A stretch of 64,000 bases of DNA, from positions 56,312-120,311 of the forward strand of contig CAZALK010000017.1 of assembly GCA_964486045.1 (NCBI GenBank). The letters are read 5' to 3'. Shown in pieces: positions 30,764 through 41,396 of this stretch. The notes beneath the pieces were generated by a model. That model saw only the letters and a list, made by a program, of their open reading frames with translations. It ran no database searches and was not told where the DNA came from. Position 1 is the first letter of the stretch; each line of letters starts with the position of its first letter. This stretch comes from an uncultured archaeon. Its GTDB lineage: Archaea; Asgardarchaeota; Lokiarchaeia; Sigyniarchaeales; SOKP01. A program made the translations under genes and the position numbers.

Positions 30764-31579
30764 TTAGAATTTGTTTATTTCTTCAAGTGTTTTTCCACCA
30801 ACGACTTCACCTGTAAACACTCCATCTGTTAAAGTGATGATTCTATCAGCGATCTCTGCGATTCTCTTATTATGGGTAACCATTAAGATTGACTCTCCAG
30901 CGTTCTTAAGATCAAGAAATATCTTGAGAATATTAGTCGTTGTTTCAGTATCTAATTCACCGGTAGGTTCATCTGCTAGAATGATAAGGGGTTCATTGAC
31001 AAGAGCTCTCGCTATAGTAACTCTTTGTTGCTCTCCACCCGACATCTGAGTTGGTAGGTGTGCCATTCTTTCTTCGAGTCCAATTCTCTTTAAAAGCCCT
31101 TTAACTCTTATTTCCCTTACTTTGGCATCCTTTTTGTCAATCACCATGGGGAGTTCGACATTTTCATAGGCTGTTAGGATTGGAAATAAGTTATAGAACT
31201 GAAAGATTAGCCCAATCTTTCTTAATCGCATTTTTTTGTGCTGCTTGTTGGTCATTTGTGTTACATCAAGTCCCATTCCCTTATTATCTACATTATATAT
31301 TATCTTCCCTGAATCAGGAAAGTCAAGAGCACCTAAACAATTTATTAATGTTGTCTTTCCTGAACCTGATGGGCCTACTATCGCAATTAATTCACCCTTT
31401 TTAATTGTTAGGCTTACTTTATTAAGTGCTGTGACAGTAGAATTACCCACAGTATATGTTTTTACAAGGTCATGCACATCAAGAACAATATTGGGATCTA
31501 GTCTAACTGCTCTTGCAGTAGACCTCTGTTCTTTGTTCATTCTCACTTTTTTCTTTTTTACTGAAATCTTTACCACCAA
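30764..31579 (-). CDS. ABC ATP-binding protein (LolD/MacB type)
   Basis: GPSGSGKT, MSGGEQQR, ADEPTG. Confidence 0.93.
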   Translation of the reverse strand: MVVKISVKKKKVRMNKEQRSTARAVRLDPNIVLDVHDLVKTYTVGNSTVTALNKVSLTIKKGELIAIVGPSGSGKTTLINCLGALDFPDSGKIIYNVDNKGMGLDVTQMTNKQHKKMRLRKIGLIFQFYNLFPILTAYENVELPMVIDKKDAKVREIRVKGLLKRIGLEERMAHLPTQMSGGEQQRVTIARALVNEPLIILADEPTGELDTETTTNILKIFLDLKNAGESILMVTHNKRIAEIADRIITLTDGVFTGEVVGGKTLEEINKF

Positions 31580-31598
31580 ATTTTGAAGTTATTATCAT

Positions 31599-34500
31599 TC
31601 ATCTGGTTCTGACTGCGTCTATAATATTTAGATTTGCAGCCCATTTAGCAGGATATCGCGAACTTAGAATTACAGTTATCAAAACTATTGAAACTAGGAG
31701 GATAATTGTTAACCATGGAATCGTCCAAGTGACTGTAAGAAACCCTCCCGCTGGCATTGAACTAACCATTAAAGAACCCATAATTAAACCAGAAAAAATA
31801 CCTGTGAATACACCTAAAAGTGCCAGGATTAATGTTTCCCCTGAAATTGTACGAACTATACCAGATTTATTTAACCCTATTGATCTAAGCATCCCAATTT
31901 CTCTCCTACGAGCCATCGTTGAAAGAAGACTATGGAGTGTTAAACCGATCATTGCAATTATAATAGCAAAAATCAACAATCCATTTGTTATAAAAGTAAT
32001 TAAATTAATTATTGTTCTGAATGTGGAACTCATAAATGATATCGTAAATGCAAAGATTATGAGATAGCTCCTATCTTCAATATAAGCAACTATCCCTTCT
32101 AACACATCTTCATCTTTATACCCGCTTTCCACCCATGAAAACCAATCGTACACATTGGTCCTTATTTCAAGAATAAAGCTTTTTAAGTCAATTATTGACC
32201 AATATCCACCAGCCCCAAATAAGAGATCCTGTAGGAGATCATTTTTATAGATTGAAAGATTTTCTGGAGTATCGACATGAACTAATACTGAGCTCACTTT
32301 ATCATTAAAATAATCTGATCCTCTATAATCTATATATACATCATCCCTTGCTTTATCATAACTGATGTAAACAGAGTCTCCACTAATATCAGCGCCTGTT
32401 TCAAATCCTGCATACCAGTTATATCTTTCTGTATTATTTAAGGTAGGTGCTTCAATTATTCCAATAATTTCAAATTGTGGCCAAGTTGCCGGGATCATTA
32501 TATTATGAGTTGATTGCGCTACGCCAAATTTTAAGCTATCTATAGTTAAATTATAATTACTATTATATGTAGAATTATGACCTCTTATCCTTAATATCAA
32601 ATTTCCAGTTACCATATCAATGTACGTATGATCTGAATTGAATAAAAAAGTGTTATTAAGCTCAACTGTGTTATTAATTGAACCCAATTCTTCAAATTCG
32701 TTAGTGTAGATGTTAAACGCTTCCAATGCAAGTTGATCAACAGAGGAATTTAATGAAGTTTCAATCGTAACATTGATCGCTTTGTATAAATTTGGAGTTA
32801 GAAAACTTGTAGTAATATTAAATTCAAGCCACTCTTGATTACTTACAAAAGAAAGATTTACATTATCAGAAAGACTTAGATTTACTGTATTACCTGAAAT
32901 TGAGGTATAATTATTTATATATGGAGTAACCAAGGCAGGGTATGGAAAAATACCAACAGTAACCGTAGTTAAGATGAATTCTTGGGGGAAAATAGTAATA
33001 TTAGTGCCAATTCCCGAACCAGGATGATTTTTAATATATAATTCATCGACAACACAGACAAATTCCGTTGTATTTAGAAGCTCTTCCATTGTAGTACCTA
33101 AAGATCCGTTTTTTTGATCAATTAAAATGTTATTTCCAAAAAGAGAGTCTGATTTTAATTTGCCACTTGAGTTTGTATGAATGCCTATCACAGAGGTCAC
33201 ATTAGTTGATAACACATCATCTGTTAGTGTAAAATAATCCATTCGGGTTGTATAGTAGTCAATTCCACCAATTCCGTTTAATATTGCTTCCACATTAGAG
33301 AAATTAAACCAATTTGGTTGAACCATATCTACCAATGGATTTCCGGTATTAGAAAGCTGCCTAAAAACCAAATCAGTTCCTCCACCAGGAAGGTTCTTAA
33401 TCGCAATTTCTTCATATGTTTCCCATGAGATAAATATATTATAACTCACTCCTGAACTTGACCCACCTAGGAGATTTAATGAAGAAAAACCTTGCATATC
33501 ACTGACTATTGCTATAACACTCATGTTAATTACATAAATATCTTCGTATGCATTATAATTATCACCTTCTAGCAATGCACTCAGATTAGCATAAGTTGTT
33601 CCTAAAGAAAACTTTACAGGTAAATTTTCACCTACTATTATATCATTATCATCAGCAAATTCTTTCTCTATAACAATATTATTCCCCGCTTTTAATTGAT
33701 CCATTACATCTGCAAGTGACATTGCTGTAGGGGAGATTATTGTTGTACTGGTCATATGTTCCTTTATTTTTTCTGTATCGACAATGTTTACAGCAATAGA
33801 TTCATTCCAATCATCATCAAGTAAACTGTGACCAATCCAATCACCATTTATATTAATTTGTGCATTTTGATGACTGACACCCATCACATCAGCTACTCCA
33901 GTTTGATTAAGGAGGCCAGTTTCGAATGATCGGGGTGTGTTAATCGTATACACTCTAATATTTGCTCCCATGAAATTATTCACGGTGGTATCAATACCAG
34001 CTCGCATTGAATCCATCATAACACTCATCCCTATTAGAAAGCTTGTGGTTAGTGCAATCATAACATATGTTAGAGTTGTCCGTTTTCTATGCCTTAACAT
34101 GTTCCTTTCGGTTAATAATTTAGTTCTCTTGAGATATGGTGAAAATAACCATATAAATGCTTTATTAAGCGGTTTGATGCTGAGCGACATTAACCAAATG
34201 ATTCCAAACAATATAAATATTGGAGCCAACATCCCTATAGCCATTCCCGAAGGCATTCCTGCATCCGGAGAAAAACTTCCAGTGCTTTCAGGTGCAGTCC
34301 ACATGAGCCAAAAACCCATGAAAATTATCAATCCACCTAAAATAAATAGTATTATCCTCCTCCAATAGTGTTTTCGCTCCCGTTTCGACTTTTCTTCAAT
34401 TGGATTTAAACACTCAATAATTGGTTTTCTACTTGCTTTCCAACTTGGATAAAGTGCTGCCACAATACAAGAAATTATCCCTACAATAAAAGTTAGAATT

Positions 34501-35780
34501 ATGGTTGAGGGATAAGCAATTATATCAAATCCCGAAAGCGAAAAACCTCCCATTTGCGTTGTAAGGCTTTGAATAGTCTGATAAGTTACAGAAAATATTA
34601 CAAAAGAAATTACATAAGAAAATATTGTTCCTATTGTAGCCCCGATTACCCCCATAACCGTACCCTGAGTTAAAAATAATTTAAATGTTTCAGATTTAGA
34701 GGCTCCAATTGCTTGGAACATACCTGTCTCATATTCTTGTTCCTTTTTTATTATGTTGAAAATATTCATCATTAAAACTATTGATAATATCAATGATATT
34801 AAGCCAAACATTAAGAAAACAGTCTCGAATATACCCATTGTAGTATTGACCATCCCTAAACTATCTGTTTTTAAATCGTTTACCCTCCAATCTCTTTCGT
34901 CATCAATACTTGCTAAACTGGTTTCAAGATTTTTAGTTACCGAAGATACACTATAAATATTGGGAGTGCCAACAACACAAAGGTTAAACTCATTAGTATG
35001 ATTTTCCGTACCATCAACAAGTTCATGAGTATTATTAATATTAGCGAAAATACCAACACCTTGTCCCCCACCACCCCCTCCTCCGAAAAACGACGCCTCT
35101 GAAGGATTCTCAGGATCAAAATCACGTGCTTCACCACTATCCCTTATTATTGCTACAACAGTATATTCTAACCATGTTCCCGTATCTAAAGTGTTGTAAC
35201 CGAGTAGTTCCCCTTCATTTGGTAGTATCCATAAACTATCTCCCACTTCAAAATCTTTTCCAAGCTGAATTTTTAATGATTCAGAGATGACTACAACTTT
35301 ATTTCCATTATTTACATCAATATATTCAAGGAGTTTTTCTACCGATTTTTCAGGGCTAATTGAATCTATTATATATGGTTGTGCCCCCAAATTTTGCTCA
35401 TTAACATCTTGTGGATCAAGACCATTCACCCCTGTTCTTGTGCTATTATCTACCTGATTTCCACTATTGGTAGGGCTTGCATAGACATTAAAACCTGTAA
35501 TTCTATAAGAGACGTAATCAACATTGCTTACACCATTAATCTCAGCATCAATCTCAGAGGAGTTAAACCATCCTCCTGTGCTATTAACTGGTTTAATTAA
35601 TATATCTGCTGTGCCCATTTGTTCATCAATACTTCCTAACATCATTACATTGAAAGAATCAGAAACAATCATAACCCCCCCAAACAATGCTACACTTATA
35701 ATCAGCGTAATGATTGTAAGGATATACCTGACTTTCCTTCGTTTCATATTCCGGAGCGCAAGCTTTATTATTAAACCCAT
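31599..35780 (-). CDS. FtsX/MacB-family ABC permease (double module, large extracellular domains)
   Basis: ALRNMKRRKVR, YETGMFQAIGA, RRREIGMLRSIG, ends IIDAVR. Confidence 0.88.
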   Translation of the reverse strand: MGLIIKLALRNMKRRKVRYILTIITLIISVALFGGVMIVSDSFNVMMLGSIDEQMGTADILIKPVNSTGGWFNSSEIDAEINGVSNVDYVSYRITGFNVYASPTNSGNQVDNSTRTGVNGLDPQDVNEQNLGAQPYIIDSISPEKSVEKLLEYIDVNNGNKVVVISESLKIQLGKDFEVGDSLWILPNEGELLGYNTLDTGTWLEYTVVAIIRDSGEARDFDPENPSEASFFGGGGGGGQGVGIFANINNTHELVDGTENHTNEFNLCVVGTPNIYSVSSVTKNLETSLASIDDERDWRVNDLKTDSLGMVNTTMGIFETVFLMFGLISLILSIVLMMNIFNIIKKEQEYETGMFQAIGASKSETFKLFLTQGTVMGVIGATIGTIFSYVISFVIFSVTYQTIQSLTTQMGGFSLSGFDIIAYPSTIILTFIVGIISCIVAALYPSWKASRKPIIECLNPIEEKSKRERKHYWRRIILFILGGLIIFMGFWLMWTAPESTGSFSPDAGMPSGMAIGMLAPIFILFGIIWLMSLSIKPLNKAFIWLFSPYLKRTKLLTERNMLRHRKRTTLTYVMIALTTSFLIGMSVMMDSMRAGIDTTVNNFMGANIRVYTINTPRSFETGLLNQTGVADVMGVSHQNAQININGDWIGHSLLDDDWNESIAVNIVDTEKIKEHMTSTTIISPTAMSLADVMDQLKAGNNIVIEKEFADDNDIIVGENLPVKFSLGTTYANLSALLEGDNYNAYEDIYVINMSVIAIVSDMQGFSSLNLLGGSSSGVSYNIFISWETYEEIAIKNLPGGGTDLVFRQLSNTGNPLVDMVQPNWFNFSNVEAILNGIGGIDYYTTRMDYFTLTDDVLSTNVTSVIGIHTNSSGKLKSDSLFGNNILIDQKNGSLGTTMEELLNTTEFVCVVDELYIKNHPGSGIGTNITIFPQEFILTTVTVGIFPYPALVTPYINNYTSISGNTVNLSLSDNVNLSFVSNQEWLEFNITTSFLTPNLYKAINVTIETSLNSSVDQLALEAFNIYTNEFEELGSINNTVELNNTFLFNSDHTYIDMVTGNLILRIRGHNSTYNSNYNLTIDSLKFGVAQSTHNIMIPATWPQFEIIGIIEAPTLNNTERYNWYAGFETGADISGDSVYISYDKARDDVYIDYRGSDYFNDKVSSVLVHVDTPENLSIYKNDLLQDLLFGAGGYWSIIDLKSFILEIRTNVYDWFSWVESGYKDEDVLEGIVAYIEDRSYLIIFAFTISFMSSTFRTIINLITFITNGLLIFAIIIAMIGLTLHSLLSTMARRREIGMLRSIGLNKSGIVRTISGETLILALLGVFTGIFSGLIMGSLMVSSMPAGGFLTVTWTIPWLTIILLVSIVLITVILSSRYPAKWAANLNIIDAVRTR

Positions 35781-35927
35781 GTCTTCAATACTCCCTTTTT
35801 TTGTGTAAAATGTTTTTTTATAGAAATGTTATCAAGTCTTTTTTATTTAAACCTAAGTTAAAACAAAATTCGATTTTTTAAACACTGCTAGATTAAAAAA
35901 TAACATCATTGATGCTTAATAAAATTA

Positions 35928-35942
35928 TCGAACACTGTTCGA
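35928..35942. promoter_or_regulatory. Palindromic operator TCGAACA-C-TGTTCGA between the divergent permease operon and tetR
   Basis: Perfect 7-1-7 inverted repeat; degenerate copy TAAACACTGCTAGA at ~35879-35892. Confidence 0.65.
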
Positions 35943-36014
35943 CAGATTTAAATAGTTTTAGATCTATATTTTAAATAGGATTTATAATTCAAATAATAAT
36001 TTATTATATGTAAA

Positions 36015-36602
36015 ATGCCCGTTATTGAAACCAAGGACAAGATTCTTAAAGTCGCAAAAAAATTGATAGTTAAAAATGGGTATAGTGCTATAAGCTCAAG
36101 AAGAATTGCGAAAGAATCAAAAATAAGCGTTTCAACGTTATTTTACCATTTTCCTAAAGGTAAATTATCAATCTTATATGAAATAATACTTTCTTTTGGT
36201 AATAAATTCATAGAAAACTTTGATATTACTAAAGTCGGTGAGTTGAATAATCCAGAAGTCGGTAAGGCTTATCTATTTAATTATTTGAAAATGCACCGCC
36301 AATTTGCACCATTAATCAATGGATTTGAAATAGAGTTACTTACAAACAAAAATGCTTTAAAAGATCTTGAAAAGTTAATGCAAACCGGAAAAAATCGTCT
36401 AGATACTTTCTTAAAAAACATTTTTTTAAGGTTTTACCCAAACATCAAAGAACCAGAGAAAACTTTCCTAATCATTGGGAGAATTTGTACAAGCCTTATT
36501 CATACTCACGTCATTTTAGATAATTTTTATGGAACTGATAAGGAATTTGTAGACATATTGTATAGAATGATTAGTGGTTTATCGACAAATAATTCGGATT
36601 AA
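36015..36602 (+). CDS. TetR/AcrR family regulator
   Basis: KILKVAKKLIVKNGYSAISSRRIAKESKISVSTLFYHFPKGK. Confidence 0.9.
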   Translation: MPVIETKDKILKVAKKLIVKNGYSAISSRRIAKESKISVSTLFYHFPKGKLSILYEIILSFGNKFIENFDITKVGELNNPEVGKAYLFNYLKMHRQFAPLINGFEIELLTNKNALKDLEKLMQTGKNRLDTFLKNIFLRFYPNIKEPEKTFLIIGRICTSLIHTHVILDNFYGTDKEFVDILYRMISGLSTNNSD

Positions 36603-36636
36603 ATTTTACATTATTTACTTAGAATATGTATAAAAT

Positions 36637-38379
36637 TTATTTAAAATTCTTCTCAATAAAGTTCATAACTCTTTGAATCTCTTCTAAATGTGTTTCCTTC
36701 TTGCCAAAAATATAGAACCTAATATCTGGACCTGTCCCACTTGGTCTAAAATACAAAGTAGAATCTTCACTTTTTAATTGATATATATCGATTTTTTCAG
36801 TATTATCTGATAAAACTTTCACATTATAGTTTTTACCATTGATTCGGATAAGTTGCTTGTCATTTATTAAAAAGTTTTTCATTAAACGAACTTTTTCCCT
36901 ATCTATGGCATGTATAGTACGATTTATTCCTTTTATCGACCAATCTATTGAATCAGAAATATTATATCCTCTGCAAATTAATTCTGTTATTAATATTAAA
37001 GCGGGTACGGGGTATTTATCTGCAATTAAAGGTAGTTCAGTTTCAAATTTATAATTATCTCCCTCTTTTGACACCTTTAAAATGCTTAAAGTATGTCCCC
37101 CTGATTCCTCCCACATCACAACAATAAATTCTTCCTCCTCCAATCCACGCTCATTCATCAAACTAATTATTCTTTCCTTTAAAGGAGTAGATTTATTTAT
37201 TTTGATCAAATTTCCATCTTTATTTTCAATATAGAGAATTGCTACATCTATCTTTGATTGATCCACTCCTATTCCGAATAGAAAATATAAAATTACACCT
37301 AAGTGTTTATATCCTACTCCTGTAAGAATGTTTAAGAAACTTGTATGATCTCCTCTTAAATCACTTGGGATGGTTCTAACATTTAAAATTTTCTTTTTAA
37401 ATTCTTTAGCTAGAATATTGTGCATTGCAGAATAAATCTCATTTGGTATATATGTAAAATATTGCCCATTTTGCTTTATATATAATGCGATTCGATCTCT
37501 GTCAGCATCAAGAAGTAAAGCTATGCTAGATTTTACCTGTTCCATTACTTCTTGTAACTTTTCTTCCCGAATTATTTTTATGGGGTTAGGAGGATTGATC
37601 TCTTCATCTATTAGGGTAACATTTGCTCCGTATTCTTTAAATAAGCTAACAATCCCTCTTGCTTTACCTAAATACGGCCAAATAACAATATTTTTACCTC
37701 TTAAGCTTTTAATTTCTATAACTTTAGACACTAACTTTTTAGTATATTCATTATTTTTCTTTTCAGCATCAGTTAAAGAGGGATTAAAAGGTTTAAAGGA
37801 AATAGTTTTATATTCTAAAGCTCTTTTAGAAATATCTTTAAAAATTTCGCCTGAAAGAGGTATAGGATAATCAATATAAGCTTTTATACCATTCCATGAT
37901 AAATCATTATGGCTTGCAGTTAGTACTATAACCAGATTAATATCATCATATAATACTACCGATGCCGCTCCATAGGGAGATGAAATTCTTGACTTCCCTA
38001 CGTCATCCTTCTGATATAAAATTTCATATCCATTATAAGAAAATATCTGAGAACAATAATCTAATAACAAATCTTTAGTTGGTCTATTATCTGTGAATAT
38101 GAGTATCTTAAGGTTTTCATTTTTCTTCATATCTTTAAATTTCTGACTAATAGCCTTAAAAACTCGAAAAAATAGAAATAACTTTCTATTCGTCAATATA
38201 TATTTTTTATTATCTCTATCGTCTTTTTTATCCAGTAATTGAATCCTTAAGCCAGAGGTTGGAGGAACAATGGGGTTAATTATGTTTCTTTCCTCTTGAG
38301 TTAAATCTGGTAAATTTAGTATTTTAATTCCATCTTTTAATGTTTTTAAGTGAATATTTTCTTTTTCAAATTCAATCAT
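36637..38379 (-). CDS. Phosphohexomutase (PGM/PMM) family protein
   Basis: TASHN, DADRDR, WEESGG, RPSGT. Confidence 0.8.
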   Translation of the reverse strand: MIEFEKENIHLKTLKDGIKILNLPDLTQEERNIINPIVPPTSGLRIQLLDKKDDRDNKKYILTNRKLFLFFRVFKAISQKFKDMKKNENLKILIFTDNRPTKDLLLDYCSQIFSYNGYEILYQKDDVGKSRISSPYGAASVVLYDDINLVIVLTASHNDLSWNGIKAYIDYPIPLSGEIFKDISKRALEYKTISFKPFNPSLTDAEKKNNEYTKKLVSKVIEIKSLRGKNIVIWPYLGKARGIVSLFKEYGANVTLIDEEINPPNPIKIIREEKLQEVMEQVKSSIALLLDADRDRIALYIKQNGQYFTYIPNEIYSAMHNILAKEFKKKILNVRTIPSDLRGDHTSFLNILTGVGYKHLGVILYFLFGIGVDQSKIDVAILYIENKDGNLIKINKSTPLKERIISLMNERGLEEEEFIVVMWEESGGHTLSILKVSKEGDNYKFETELPLIADKYPVPALILITELICRGYNISDSIDWSIKGINRTIHAIDREKVRLMKNFLINDKQLIRINGKNYNVKVLSDNTEKIDIYQLKSEDSTLYFRPSGTGPDIRFYIFGKKETHLEEIQRVMNFIEKNFK

Positions 38380-38387
38380 ATTTTAAC

Positions 38388-39278
38388 CTATGACTTTTTA
38401 TCAGGAATTTCTTTTATCGCTTCCCTTATAATTGCTAATATTTTTTCCCTATACATTGGTTCAATGGAGATCATACCATGTGTTTTTATAACTCGCTTCT
38501 CACTTGATAGAATTCTTTCGCAAAACTCAGGTGTAAGCCGATTGGGTAAATCTTGTTTATTAGCAATGCCAATTATGAATTTATCCTGAAAAAACTTATC
38601 CAATATATCATGAATAATTTCTTTTGATCCATTGATATTTTCAAAAGTTGAATCAGTAACCAAGATCGTAATGTCTGTACCCTCAAGTAGACTTCTCCAT
38701 AAAGACCTAAATTGTGCCTGACCTGCAAAATCCCACAGCGTTAATCTCCTGCCTAATTCATCTCCTTCGTATTCAGCAATATCAGCCGTAATTGTGGGGA
38801 CATATTCAAGGTCTACATCCTTTCCGCAGATAAGGCGAGTTAATGTAGTTTTACCTACACCTCCGAAACCGATAATGGATATTTTAATCGCTCCCAAAAT
38901 AATGTTATCTAACTCTTTCTCAAATTCGAGAAAAATAGAGCGATTTCCTGCCCATTTGTTTGATTTGATAAGTTTTCCATATTTTTCTAAAAATTTTGAC
39001 CTGATACTTAGGATTTTTGAGTTTACTAATGCATCATCATCTTCTAAGTCACTGCATGCTACGATGATTATTGTATCAATTATTGTATAAAAATATTTAA
39101 AATCTTCCGTTTGAGTGCTTTTAATATCACTTTGGCTGATTTCTTTCATAAATCCTGAGAATGCGCTTAGAAAACCAGCTAATAAATCTCTATCTACCTC
39201 GGATGTTCCGTAGTTTCTAAAAAGTAATGATTTCCCGTCTTTAGTAAGAATATTTACGTATTGAATCAACTTTTCCAC
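38388..39278 (-). CDS. Longin/roadblock-fused Arf/Rag-like small GTPase (Asgard type)
   Basis: N-terminal DGKSLL..DLLAGFLSAFSGFMKE; GFGGVGKT, PTI, WDFAGQ, NKQD. Confidence 0.85.
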   Translation of the reverse strand: MEKLIQYVNILTKDGKSLLFRNYGTSEVDRDLLAGFLSAFSGFMKEISQSDIKSTQTEDFKYFYTIIDTIIIVACSDLEDDDALVNSKILSIRSKFLEKYGKLIKSNKWAGNRSIFLEFEKELDNIILGAIKISIIGFGGVGKTTLTRLICGKDVDLEYVPTITADIAEYEGDELGRRLTLWDFAGQAQFRSLWRSLLEGTDITILVTDSTFENINGSKEIIHDILDKFFQDKFIIGIANKQDLPNRLTPEFCERILSSEKRVIKTHGMISIEPMYREKILAIIREAIKEIPDKKS

Positions 39279-39442
39279 TTAAGATGTTCTTTATTATCGT
39301 ATTTTATTATAGCATTATATTAAACATAGCAATTATATTATTATTATTAAATTATAAAATTCAATTAAAAAATAAATTTTGTAAAGGACTTATTTTAAAT
39401 TGATAAATAAGTTTTTTAATCGATTTAAAGGGAGAAACTTTC

Positions 39443-40045
39443 ATGATTAATAAGGAAAATGAAGAGATACCTGATTTCATCAAAGAAACTAGTGAAACAA
39501 TTGAAAAATTTGCAAATATACTCGAAAAATTCGGACTTGATATAATAACTAAAATTGGACAAACAAACTTTAAAATCAACATTCTAACAGATAAAATTGA
39601 CGAATTAAGTAAGGCAACAATAGATGTTAAAGCACTATTACCACAATTGACAAATGTTATTGAAAACCAAAAAATTTTAGAGGAAGAACTTGATTTAATT
39701 AGAACTCTCATTCAAAGATCTGAAATAACAATTCATTCAATAGAAGCTGAACGGGAAGCTGTAGAAAGAGATGTATCTGCTACTGATAAAAAACAGGCGA
39801 TTATTGATCAATTCAAAAGGTTAGAGAAATATATTGAAGAAAATGATGATCCACTCCCAGTAATAGAAGATTTAGATAAACTTAAAGAGGATATTTTTAT
39901 ATTCACCGGGGGACATAGAATCCTCCGGGAAATAGGGCTGTTCAGCAGTAAGCTAAGTGGTATGGAATCCCTAAATGAAGGAATAAAAGAGGTTCTTAAA
40001 GAAAAAATCATATTTTGGATAAACAAACTTACTGTTAAAGGTTAA
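39443..40045 (+). CDS. Coiled-coil plus helical-bundle hypothetical protein
   Basis: 200-aa ORF with heptad-like pattern, between two GTPase genes. Confidence 0.65.
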   Translation: MINKENEEIPDFIKETSETIEKFANILEKFGLDIITKIGQTNFKINILTDKIDELSKATIDVKALLPQLTNVIENQKILEEELDLIRTLIQRSEITIHSIEAEREAVERDVSATDKKQAIIDQFKRLEKYIEENDDPLPVIEDLDKLKEDIFIFTGGHRILREIGLFSSKLSGMESLNEGIKEVLKEKIIFWINKLTVKG

Positions 40046-40066
40046 AAATATAGATTAAAATTATTA

Positions 40067-40678
40067 TTAATCTTGTAATTTAGAAAGAAGCGTCAGCTCC
40101 GCGATTTTGTGGAAAATGCTAGAAACATTTTCACCGGTCAATGCCGATGTCTCAAAAAGAGGGGCATTTAATTTTTGGGATAAATGTTCTGCCATAGGTA
40201 ATATAATCTTTTTCTCATCCGTCAAATCTATTTTATTTCCTATCAAAACTCGTGGAATTCCACTCAATCCATACTTTACAGAGGTGCTATACCAATTATT
40301 TACATTAGAAAATGAGCTAGAACGCGTTGTATCATAAACCAATATCATTCCATCTGCTCCGTTGAAGTATGGACGATGTAACATGTAAAATTGAGGCTGT
40401 CCAGCTATATCCCAAATCATCAAGGAGACTTCGGTTTCCTTACCCATGTCATTATTAACCATAACTTTCTCTTTAGTGATATTCACACCAACGGTAGGGA
40501 TATATTCAAATTGAAACTTTTCAGCACTGAAGTTCTTGAGTAAGGATGACTTCCCTACAGCGGGGTCTCCGATTACGATGATTGTTTTCTAGATTTGATA
40601 AATTCAAATATACTTGAAAATCATCTCGGTCCGCTCGTGAAATATTAGATCTTCATCAGAATTATTATTTTGGGTCAT
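40067..40678 (-). CDS. Rab-like small GTPase, split by a 30-nt BHB intron: join(40614..40678,40067..40583), 193 aa
   Basis: Spliced: MTQNNNSDEDLIFHERTEMIFK|IIVIGDPAVGKS...YIPTVG...WDIAGQ...NKID...TSAL. The track ORF 40067..40486 lacks G1/G2. Confidence 0.88.
40584..40613 (-). other. Putative bulge-helix-bulge (tRNA-type) mRNA intron, 30 nt
   Basis: GAUGAU-UUUC-AA^G-UAUAUUUGA-auuua-UCAAAUCUA-GAAA-AC^A-AUCAUC; contains in-frame TGA and TAG. Confidence 0.85.
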
Positions 40679-40753
40679 AAAGTATTGACACTTATTTGAT
40701 TATTTTCAATTTTTAATTAAATAAATAATGAAATTCCGATATAAAAATGTTAA

Positions 40754-41299
40754 TCATTCGTTTTTAAATTGAAATTGTTTTGAGATTTTAAATTTTGAAG
40801 TTTTACTTTCTTCGCGGGAGATGAAGTAAATTTTATTAAGGAGAAATTTGATTTCTTCCCATTTTGCTTGTAAATCAGTTATTATCTTTTGTAATTTTTT
40901 CTTTCCTTTGATTTGACCGGCACTAAGATGTGGTTTGAATCCATTTTTATACTGATTCACGTCATTACAATCAGGGACGATGTTAAGGATTTCTTCTTGA
41001 AGTTCTATAATTGAGTTATTCGGTATTGGATTTATCCAGAGGGTAAAATTTTGATGTGTGTGCTTAAAAAAACTAAAATTCTTAAGTAAAACCTCAAAGG
41101 GCTTAAATTTTTTACACGTTTCTGAAAAATATTTCCTAATATCTTCATATTGATTTCTAGGTCTAAATGGATATAACAACGTAATATGCGGCATCCATTT
41201 ATTTATGTTACGGTCAAAAACTTTACGAATTTCTTGAATTGATGCCCATTTTTCTTTTGGTGGGATTATTACAACCGCAGAAGAATAAACTTTACCCAT
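40754..41299 (-). CDS. 2H phosphoesterase (2'-5' RNA ligase / 2',3'-cyclic phosphodiesterase family)
   Basis: Two HxT/S motifs: PHITL and PHLSA. Confidence 0.85.
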   Translation of the reverse strand: MGKVYSSAVVIIPPKEKWASIQEIRKVFDRNINKWMPHITLLYPFRPRNQYEDIRKYFSETCKKFKPFEVLLKNFSFFKHTHQNFTLWINPIPNNSIIELQEEILNIVPDCNDVNQYKNGFKPHLSAGQIKGKKKLQKIITDLQAKWEEIKFLLNKIYFISREESKTSKFKISKQFQFKNE

Positions 41300-41396
41300 T
41301 GAATTTAAAATATTATTTCTTTAAGTGATTTACTTAACTTAATGAAAATTAATTAAAAGATTTTTATAAGAGAAAAATCTAATTTTAAATTGAGAA

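Noticed and set aside
40589-40613. GT...AG (spliceosomal-like) 25-nt segment within the Rab insert
   Set aside because: Removing it shifts the frame; the 30-nt BHB excision restores FKIIVIG exactly.
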